A stretch of DNA of 49,331 nucleotides, from assembly GCA_031428635.1 (NCBI GenBank), contig JANPPS010000270.1, positions 1 through 49,331 on the forward strand, given 5' to 3'. This DNA comes from Rhodospirillales bacterium (GTDB lineage Bacteria > Pseudomonadota > Alphaproteobacteria > Acetobacterales > Acetobacteraceae). Shown one piece after another: positions 39,195 through 46,342 of the stretch (positions within the stretch are counted from its first letter, which is position 1; every line of letters starts with the position of its first letter). The notes under the pieces are model-generated. The model was not told the DNA's origin and ran no database searches. It saw only the letters and a list, made by a program, of their open reading frames with translations. Position numbers and translations under genes: made by a program.

Positions 39195-40675
39195 CCGCGA
39201 CCGCCCGGCGACCCGGTGTGCGCCCAACCCGCCGCGTGGTGGTGGTCAGCAATCGCGTTCCCGACCTGAGCGCCGGCGCGCAGGCCGGCGGATTGGCTGT
39301 GGCGTTAGGCGCGCTCATGCAGCGGCGCGGCGGGCTATGGTTCGGATGGAGCGGCCAAGTGTCGGATGACATCGCCCTGCATCGGACCCATGCCGACGGC
39401 GTCGACTACGCCACGATCGACCTTACGGCCGACGAACACGAGCGGTACTACACGTCGTTCAGCAACAGCACCTTGTGGCCGCTGCTGCACTCGATGCCGG
39501 AGTTGATGAGTTTCGACCGGCAGAACGCGGCCATCTACCGCGCCGTAAATGCGAAACTGGCGACGGCGCTAGTGCCGCTATTATCGGCCAACGACCTCGT
39601 GTGGGTGCACGACTACCATCTGATGGGTCTGCCGGCGCTGCTTCGGGCCCAGGGTGTCAGGGTGCCGATCGGCTTTTTCCTACACGTGCCGTTCCCGACG
39701 TCCGACATGCTGGCAACCGTGCCGGAATCCGAAGGATTGGTGCTGGACCTGCTCGGGGCCGACCTGATCGGGTTTCATACCGCCAATGACCGCGACAATT
39801 TTGCCGGTGCTGCCGTGGCCCTTTCTGGTGCGACCCGCGTGACGGAGAATGTGCTGGAGGTCGATGGACGCCGCGTGCGGTTAGGCGTGTTTCCGGTCGA
39901 GATCGACGCGCAGGACTTCGCCGCCACCGCCGCCCAGGCTGCTTCCTCGCCCGAAACCGTTCGCCTGCGCGAGAGCATCGGCAGTCAGGCCCTAATCCTG
40001 GGCGTTGACCGGATGGACCCGACGAAGGGCCTGCCGCAGCGCCTGGCCGGGTACCAACACCTGCTGGAAACCCGGCCCGAATGGCATCGCCGAGTCACGT
40101 TTCTGCAAATCGCCGCGCAGAGCCGGGCCGAAGTTGCTGCCTATCGCGAGTTGCGGGAAGCGATCGAGCAGGAGGCTGGGCATATCAACAGCCTGTTCAG
40201 CGAGCCCGATTGGACGCCGCTACGCCTGATGGCCCGGGCCGGCGCGCGGGACACGGTCGCCGGCTATATGCGGATCGCGCGCGTGGGACTGGTGACGCCG
40301 CTGCGGGACGGCATGAACCTGGTCGCGAAAGAGTTCGTGGCCGCCCAGGATCCGGCCGATCCCGGCGTGCTGATCCTCTCCCGCTTCGCCGGTGCCGCCC
40401 ACCAGTTGGGGGCCGCGCTAATTGTTAATCCGCACGTCACGGCCGGGTTGGCGGATGCGCTCGACCGGGCATTGTTGATGCCGCTGGCCGAACGGCAGCA
40501 ACGGTGGCAGGCGTGCTGGCAGGTGCTGCAGGACACGTCAGCGCTGTCCTGGGGCAGCCGGTTCGTGGCCGTGCTGCTGCGGGCGGCGACCCAGACGGAC
40601 ACCACCGGGATACGTGGGGCGGGGGCGCCGGACGTGCGGGGTACCGGGCGCCCGCCGGCGTTTCATTCGCTGTAG
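39191..40675 (+). CDS. otsA: Alpha,alpha-trehalose-phosphate synthase (GT20)
   Basis: VVVVSNRVP, LVWVHDYHLM, LGVDRMDPTKG and TPLRDGMNLVAKEF. GTG 39191 is the only in-frame start upstream of the conserved N-terminus and overlaps the treY TGA (GTGA). Confidence 0.9.
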   Translation: MTATARRPGVRPTRRVVVVSNRVPDLSAGAQAGGLAVALGALMQRRGGLWFGWSGQVSDDIALHRTHADGVDYATIDLTADEHERYYTSFSNSTLWPLLHSMPELMSFDRQNAAIYRAVNAKLATALVPLLSANDLVWVHDYHLMGLPALLRAQGVRVPIGFFLHVPFPTSDMLATVPESEGLVLDLLGADLIGFHTANDRDNFAGAAVALSGATRVTENVLEVDGRRVRLGVFPVEIDAQDFAATAAQAASSPETVRLRESIGSQALILGVDRMDPTKGLPQRLAGYQHLLETRPEWHRRVTFLQIAAQSRAEVAAYRELREAIEQEAGHINSLFSEPDWTPLRLMARAGARDTVAGYMRIARVGLVTPLRDGMNLVAKEFVAAQDPADPGVLILSRFAGAAHQLGAALIVNPHVTAGLADALDRALLMPLAERQQRWQACWQVLQDTSALSWGSRFVAVLLRAATQTDTTGIRGAGAPDVRGTGRPPAFHSL

Positions 40676-41139
40676 CAGGCATTCGCACAGACCTACGCAG
40701 TCGATAATGCTCGCCGCCTGCCATATCCGGGCCCGAGTCAAACGCCGGCTATAATCCGTACCAATGACTAGTCCGGCGCAGGCACGTCTACATGACGATA
40801 ATCGCCGTATATAGCGGCCTACACGCAGCTGGATCACCAAGATTCAAGTGGCCGAGGCGCTCGTGAATCGAGTTCCAGGGATGTTTATCGAGGCCAGCGC
40901 ATCCGTCGCAACAATGGCGGTAGCCACTGCCTTCAGCCTCTGGTTCTCGTCGCCGCCCCCCTTCGGCGGCGAGCACCTTGTCTCTGTGCCGAGAAATGAG
41001 AGGCAGGTCGCCATACGTCGGCCACAACCCCGCTGACCTCATATTCCCGGACCAGCACAGGATCTCAAGAGTGTTTAAGGTAGGCTGCCCGCACGGGACG
41101 CGATCCAAACGAAAGGATCGCCTCCCGGTCGGTACTGTC

Positions 41140-41160
41140 AACGTAGCGTATGACTACGTT
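41140..41160 (-). terminator. Perfect 7-bp hairpin just downstream of the PEP-CTERM gene
   Basis: AACGTAG-cgtatga-CTACGTT read directly, 20 nt beyond the stop codon. There is no U-tract, so terminator function is uncertain. Confidence 0.3.
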
Positions 41161-41180
41161 AGCAAGCCGCAGACCGCCGC

Positions 41181-41807
41181 TTACTGTGCCTTGAAGACGC
41201 GACGGCGCATCGTAACAACTCCAGCGGCCCCGAAGACAAGTAGCGCGAGTGAGCTGGGTTCTGGAACGGCGGTTGCGATGTTTGCGGAGACGTTATCAAG
41301 TATACCATCCTGACTGACAGTGTTATTGTCAGGATAATCTGCAAAGCTAATAGTCGTAGTGCTGGATATAGCGGTAAAGTTTAGCGAGTATGGCTGCGTC
41401 GGCACGCTGGACGTATAAGATTGGCTCGATAGTGTCTGACCTGCGCCATTCTGAGCGGATGCGGTAATTGATTGCGAATTTCCAGAGGCGTAGGCGTTAT
41501 CTACGTAATTGAATGCCACAGTATAGCTTGTACCAGCTACCGTCGATATTGTCTGGTAAAGTACTCCGTTCGGTACAGAGTCTCCCCCATTAAAGGAGGC
41601 CGAGTAATTACCGTAAGTCGGCTCACTGAGCCCGAAGTATGGCATGGCTGCTATCCCCACGTTCCCGGTCGACATCCAACTTGATAGCGTCCCAGTTTCA
41701 AAATCACCGTTTGTGATGAGGTTTGCCCGCGCCGGCAATGCAGCGCATAGTCCCGCAAGTGTCACTAATCCAATTACACTCAGTCGGTATGTAGTACGAA
41801 TATTCAT
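41181..41807 (-). CDS. PEP-CTERM sorting-domain secreted protein with jelly-roll-like N-terminal domain
   Basis: Signal peptide (LVTLAGLCAALPARA), NLITNGDFETGTLSSW motif, and C-terminal VPEPSSLALLVFGAAGVVTMRRR (PEP motif + TM + basic tail). G+C and A/T-ending codon usage are clearly lower than neighbours. ATG 41807, with a GTG at 41810. Confidence 0.8.
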   Translation of the reverse strand: MNIRTTYRLSVIGLVTLAGLCAALPARANLITNGDFETGTLSSWMSTGNVGIAAMPYFGLSEPTYGNYSASFNGGDSVPNGVLYQTISTVAGTSYTVAFNYVDNAYASGNSQSITASAQNGAGQTLSSQSYTSSVPTQPYSLNFTAISSTTTISFADYPDNNTVSQDGILDNVSANIATAVPEPSSLALLVFGAAGVVTMRRRVFKAQ

Positions 41808-41823
41808 CACTTAATCCCTACAA

Positions 41824-41829
41824 ATTATA
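41824..41829 (-). promoter_or_regulatory. Candidate -10 box (TATAAT) for the PEP-CTERM gene
   Basis: The minus strand reads TATAATTTGTAGGGATTAAGTGATG. That is a perfect TATAAT 16 nt (41808-41823) upstream of the ATG, with an AGGGA SD-like element between. No convincing -35, and the region is AT-rich, so a chance match is possible. Confidence 0.25.
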
Positions 41830-42029
41830 AGGCAGATACTACATTACTGTAGCATAAAAAGCGCCCTGTTGATTGGAATATAGCATCGTATTTGAAACAA
41901 AGTCAATCTAGGTATTTCAGATTATTAATTTTTTTTGTCGGACTACCAACGCTATCGGGTAGTAAACTTCTATAAAGCGTTAGCTTTTGATAAAGACCTT
42001 ATTTGATATTACTTTATCTCACACCCCGC

Positions 42030-42300
42030 TCAGTATCTCGGTAGGGCAGCGCCGAGAATGCGGTTTAGCCAGGCGATGGTTCGCACGACGATCCAGCGCT
42101 GAGACCGCGACGAGGCAGCCTGCGCCAAATCGCTTGCCGATGTTGACGCTGATCTGTCGGCAGATAAGCCAGTCGGTTACCGAGAAGCGGCGCCTGATGG
42201 TGCCTATGGACGCAAAGACTGAGAGAAGACGCGTACAGCCAAACGGCGACGCAATCCGCAACACGCCACCATCACGGCCCTGACTGTTGACGACTTGCAT
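42030..42300 (-). pseudogene. Relic of an IS4/IS5-superfamily DDE transposase (C-terminal fragment, frame-disrupted)
   Basis: A minus-strand frame ending at TGA (42030-42032) reads ...SSRSQRWIVVRTIAWLNRILGAALPRY*. This matches the conserved transposase C-terminus pattern (Y..RW.VER.FAWL..FRRL..RYE). Upstream sequence switches frame and contains stops, and no intact transposase ORF or inverted repeats were identified. Confidence 0.5.
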
Positions 42301-42438
42301 GGGCCAGCCTTGTGAAGCAACGAAGGTTCGGCGCCTACAACCCCGAACGCTGTTCGGGCGGCGAAGCCAAGTTCGTCATGAAACGTTAACCGCTGAACAT
42401 GCAAAAGCCCCGCTGATAGCACAAAAGTGTCATCTCCA

Positions 42439-44241
42439 TCATCGAACTTCCGCCGCGACATCGTGAAACACCCGCGCCGGAAGCCCCGCGCCAGTCACAC
42501 CCCGCATCGGACGCGCGTCGTCATTTCCTAACCACACACCCACCACCACGGGACCCGTCGCGGTACTCACCACGCCCATGAACCACGCGTCACGAAAATC
42601 CTGCGTCGTGCCGGTCTTACCTGCCACCGCCCGACCCGGCAGCGCGGCTGCCCGTCCGCTGCCCCGGGTCACAACGGCGGTCAACATCTGCAGCATGTTC
42701 GCCGCTTGCTCCGGCGACATAACGACGTCGCCCGGCGGGTGCGGCACGGGCGCCCGTTTACCATCGGACTGCATGGCCCCAATCCCCCACGCCGTCACAG
42801 CGTGCCCGCCATTCGCGAACGGCGCATAGGCGGACGTAAGCTCCAGCAGGCCCACCTCACCCGTGCCCAGTGCCAATGACAGGTCGGGCGGCAGCGAACC
42901 GGCGATACCCAGCCGCTTCGCCACTGCCGCCACCGCGCGCGGCCCGCCCGCCTGCTGCATCAGCCGCACGCTGGCAGTATTGAGCGACTGCGCCAGCGCG
43001 TCTTCCAGCGTCACCTCACCCCGATACGCCCCGTCGTAGTTAGTGGGGGCATAGCCGCCGATGCGGATGGGGGCGTCCAGCACGGTGCTGTCCGGTGTAA
43101 GCCCCGTTTCCAGTGCCGCCAGCCACACGAATGGTTTGAACGCGGAACCCGGTTGACGCCGGGCAGCAACGGCGCGGTTGAACGGGCTGGTACGCCAGTC
43201 CCGCCCGCCAACCATCGCCCGCACCGCCCCCGATGTCGCATCCAGCACCACGACGGCGCCCTGCTGCACCCCGGCCGCAGCACCTGGTCCGTCGAGGACC
43301 GTGGCCAACCGCGCCTCCGCCAACGCCTGCAGCCGGGCGTCCAATGACGTTTGCACCAGCGCGTCGGCGCCGGGCGGCACGATGGTGGCGGATTGCTCGG
43401 CCACCCACTCGGCAAACCATCCCGCGGTGGCCGGCCGGGGCGTGAACGCGATCTGGGCGGCCGCCGTATCGGCTTCGACCCGGGTCAGCGCGCCGGTATC
43501 GGCCATGGCGGTCAGCACCTCCCGCCCCCGCGCCGCCGCCGCTGCCGGGTCCGCACGCGGATTGATGCGGGACGGGGCACGCGGTAGGCCCGCCAGCACC
43601 GCCGACTGCCATACATTCAGGTTACGCGCCGATATGCCGAAATACAGCCGCGCCGCCGCATCCACGCCCCACGCGCCGCCGCCGAGGTACACGCGGTTTA
43701 GCCAAATCTCCAGAATTTCGGTCTTGGTAAACATACGTTCCAGCCAAATCGTCAGCAGCACCTCCTGCACTTTTCGTCGCACCGTGCGGGCGTTGCTGAG
43801 AAACAGGGTCTTAGCGACCTGCTGCGTGATGGTGCTGCCGCCCTGCACCAGCCGGCCGGAGGTGACGTTCACAAAAACGGCCCGCGCGATGCCGATCAAA
43901 TCGAGGCCGGAATGGCGATAAAAGCGTCGGTCCTCGACTGCCACCGCCGCCGCCGGCAATGCACGGGGTAGGTCCGTCAACCGCAGCGGCTCACCGACGA
44001 CGTCACCGAAGGTCGCGAAAATCACCCCCGACCGGTCCTGCAACGACAGCCCGGGGCGCCGGGCCGCATCGAGCGCCGCATCGGGCCGCGGTAGGTCGCG
44101 CGCCAACCACAGCACGGCTAGCACGCCCATCAGCCCCAGCCAGACGCCGAGGATGAACAGCCCGCGCAGCACTCGCCACCGCCACCGCCGCCGTGGTACC
44201 GGGCGCGCCACCACGGGTACGAAGGTGGGGGCGCCCGGCAC
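42439..44241 (-). CDS. Class A penicillin-binding protein (glycosyltransferase GT51 + transpeptidase)
   Basis: EDRRFYRHSGLD and GGSTITQQVAK (GT51). SAFKPF (SxxK), SLN and KTGTT transpeptidase motifs. N-terminal TM anchor and a GTG start. Confidence 0.9.
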   Translation of the reverse strand: MPGAPTFVPVVARPVPRRRWRWRVLRGLFILGVWLGLMGVLAVLWLARDLPRPDAALDAARRPGLSLQDRSGVIFATFGDVVGEPLRLTDLPRALPAAAVAVEDRRFYRHSGLDLIGIARAVFVNVTSGRLVQGGSTITQQVAKTLFLSNARTVRRKVQEVLLTIWLERMFTKTEILEIWLNRVYLGGGAWGVDAAARLYFGISARNLNVWQSAVLAGLPRAPSRINPRADPAAAAARGREVLTAMADTGALTRVEADTAAAQIAFTPRPATAGWFAEWVAEQSATIVPPGADALVQTSLDARLQALAEARLATVLDGPGAAAGVQQGAVVVLDATSGAVRAMVGGRDWRTSPFNRAVAARRQPGSAFKPFVWLAALETGLTPDSTVLDAPIRIGGYAPTNYDGAYRGEVTLEDALAQSLNTASVRLMQQAGGPRAVAAVAKRLGIAGSLPPDLSLALGTGEVGLLELTSAYAPFANGGHAVTAWGIGAMQSDGKRAPVPHPPGDVVMSPEQAANMLQMLTAVVTRGSGRAAALPGRAVAGKTGTTQDFRDAWFMGVVSTATGPVVVGVWLGNDDARPMRGVTGAGLPARVFHDVAAEVR

Positions 44242-44246
44242 TCAGG

Positions 44247-45107
44247 TCAGCGGAAGCATAGGATGTACAGCGTCGACGCGTTCGCGACCTCACCCACTTC
44301 GTACACGCGCTTGTCCGGGCCGGTGCTGTCACGGAGGGTGGGGCGCACGTTGTTTTCGCGTAGGAACGCCAGTGCCTCCGTCCCCTTCACGGCGAAGTTC
44401 ACGTTTTGCGGTATGTCGCCGCCCGTCATTTGCGCCGTGCGCATGGCGTTCAGCTTGCTTACGACCACACCCACGACGTTGGCCTGAATATCCAGCAGCG
44501 GCCCGCCCGAATTGCCCGGGTTGACCGGCGCCGTAATCTGAATGTTGGCCGGGTCGTCACGCAGGCCGGCCAGCGCGCTTACGTCCCCCGTCGTCAGCGT
44601 GGGGCCGGAGGATAGCAGGCCCGACAAGGGAAAACCGTAGGTGATCACGGTCTCCCCCCGCCGTATGGCTGGGTTGTCGCGAAACGCCAGCGGCGGCCCG
44701 ACCTCGGCCGACACAATCAGCAAGGCCAGGTCACGCCGGCGGTCGATGGGGCCCACGCGGGCGGTTAGCCGCTGGCCTGCCGGCGTGCGCACCGCGACCC
44801 GGCTGCAATCGGTGATGACGTGGTTGTTGGTCATCACCCGGCCCTCGGCCACGACGAAGCCGGTGCCGCTCGATGTGGGTTGCTCGCCCGGGCGTGGCGC
44901 GTTGCTATTGGGGCTAACCCGGTCGGGAGCGACACGGCCCGGGTTACCAATATTTGGGAACTCGGTGTTTGGGGGCGTGGGCCGCTCATCGGCACCCAGC
45001 GGTGGCGGCTTCGGCGGCAACCCATCGTTGCGGTCTGCCAGGGCCGCCCCGTTGCCGAGCACCGCCAGGCCCGCCACCATCACCAACCCTAGTACCGGAG
45101 CACGCAT
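44247..45107 (-). CDS. Secreted trypsin-like serine protease (S1 family, no PDZ seen)
   Basis: Signal peptide MRAPVLGLVMVAGLAVLGNGAALA. Catalytic-triad contexts TNNHV, RRDLALL and GNSGGPLLD. Ends 5 nt upstream of the PBP start. Confidence 0.8.
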   Translation of the reverse strand: MRAPVLGLVMVAGLAVLGNGAALADRNDGLPPKPPPLGADERPTPPNTEFPNIGNPGRVAPDRVSPNSNAPRPGEQPTSSGTGFVVAEGRVMTNNHVITDCSRVAVRTPAGQRLTARVGPIDRRRDLALLIVSAEVGPPLAFRDNPAIRRGETVITYGFPLSGLLSSGPTLTTGDVSALAGLRDDPANIQITAPVNPGNSGGPLLDIQANVVGVVVSKLNAMRTAQMTGGDIPQNVNFAVKGTEALAFLRENNVRPTLRDSTGPDKRVYEVGEVANASTLYILCFR

Positions 45108-46029
45108 GTCCACCCTGTTCCTCGACGCCGACCCGGCGATGGCCGCAATCTATCACGCCATCCGCCGCCCGTCTGACGGGCCGGTGGACCTCAACCTCGC
45201 TGCCCACGTGGAGCCGTCGTTACTGCCCGCCAAGCTGGCCGGCCGCACCGTTGTCCTGAATGACCACAGCTTTATGCCGACCGACGCGATGCGCCAGTGC
45301 CCGGACGTGCGGCACGTGATCTTTCTGGGTACCGGGGCACGAAGCTATATGGACCCGGACGAGCTGGCGACGCTCGGCATCACCGTTCACACCATCAAGG
45401 GCTATGGCGACACCGCCGTGGCGGAGCACGCGATGGCGCTGTTGTTTGCGGCCGCGCGCGCACTGGCGCTCATGGACCGCGGCGTGCGCGCTGGCGGCTG
45501 GCCGCGGCAGGAGGGAATGCAGCTGGCCGGCAAGACGCTCGGCCTAATCGGCGCGGGTGGTATCGGTATGGAGTTGGCGCGCATCGCCCGGGGCGTCGGC
45601 ATGGACGTGATCGCGTGGAACCGCACCCCACGCACCGATCCCGGCGTACGGTTCGTGCCGCTTGAGCAGTTACTGGCTGAAAGCCACGCCGTGTCGATGC
45701 ATCTGCTGCTGACGGACGAGACGCGCGGCTTCCTCGATGCGCGCCGGATCGCGGCGATGCGGCCGGGTGCGATCCTCGTCAACACGGCACGTGGCGCAGT
45801 CGTCGACTCGGACGCGATGGTGGCGGCGCTGCGGTCCGGCCACCTGCGGCATGCGGCGCTCGATGTGTTCGACCACGAACCTTTGGCACCGGGTCACGTG
45901 CTGACATCGCTTACAAACGTCACGTTGTCGGCCCACAGCGCCTTCTGCACGCCCGAGGCGAGTGAGACGTTGTTGCGCCGCGCCCTAGACATCGCCGCCG
46001 CGATTGCGGAGAAAGGGGCACGTCCGTGA
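45106..46029 (+). CDS. D-isomer-specific 2-hydroxyacid dehydrogenase family protein
   Basis: From ATG 45106 (MSTLFLDAD...): NAD-binding GKTLGLIGAGGIGMELARIA, NTARGAVVD and HSAF catalytic region. The 155 upstream codons of the track ORF are antisense to the protease gene. Confidence 0.8.
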   Translation: MSTLFLDADPAMAAIYHAIRRPSDGPVDLNLAAHVEPSLLPAKLAGRTVVLNDHSFMPTDAMRQCPDVRHVIFLGTGARSYMDPDELATLGITVHTIKGYGDTAVAEHAMALLFAAARALALMDRGVRAGGWPRQEGMQLAGKTLGLIGAGGIGMELARIARGVGMDVIAWNRTPRTDPGVRFVPLEQLLAESHAVSMHLLLTDETRGFLDARRIAAMRPGAILVNTARGAVVDSDAMVAALRSGHLRHAALDVFDHEPLAPGHVLTSLTNVTLSAHSAFCTPEASETLLRRALDIAAAIAEKGARP

Positions 46030-46037
46030 TTGAGCGC

Positions 46038-46118
46038 GCCCGCCTGGCGAAATGGTAGACGCACTGGACTTAAAATCCAAGGCCGTAAGGCGTGCCGGTT
46101 CGAGTCCGGCGGCGGGCA
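46038..46118 (+). tRNA. trnL: tRNA-Leu (anticodon UAA)
   Basis: GCCCGCC acceptor stem pairs with GGCGGGC. Anticodon loop CUUAAAA, long variable arm (GGCCGTAAGGCGT), T-arm GCCGG-TTCGAGT-CCGGC. CCA is not encoded. Confidence 0.9.
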
Positions 46119-46342
46119 TTGGGTAGAGCGCATAGGTAACCAAGCCGGCCTGGTCCGACCGGCCGTTTAGCCAGGACCCAGAACCGGGGAAGTTCGCGAC
46201 CAGCACTGCCAGACAGACGGTTCATGCGCGGCTACTAAATTGGCTGCCCAGTCTGCGTACTGCCACGGCAAAACGGACGGCTACAGCACGGCGGAGGAGG
46301 TCTGGACCCACGTGTTGCGGGGTTAACCGCGCGAAGTCCGGT

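Noticed and set aside
40788-41141. 117-aa minus-strand ORF in the left part of the low-GC islet.
   Set aside because: The composition (Arg/Gly/Cys-rich) is not protein-like, there is no recognisable motif, and there is no SD. It is kept only as part of the 'unassigned 500 bp' observation.
44641-45105. The N-terminal 155 codons of track ORF 44641..46029.
   Set aside because: This part is antisense to the well-supported S1 protease gene and has shadow-ORF composition. The dehydrogenase homology begins at ATG 45106.
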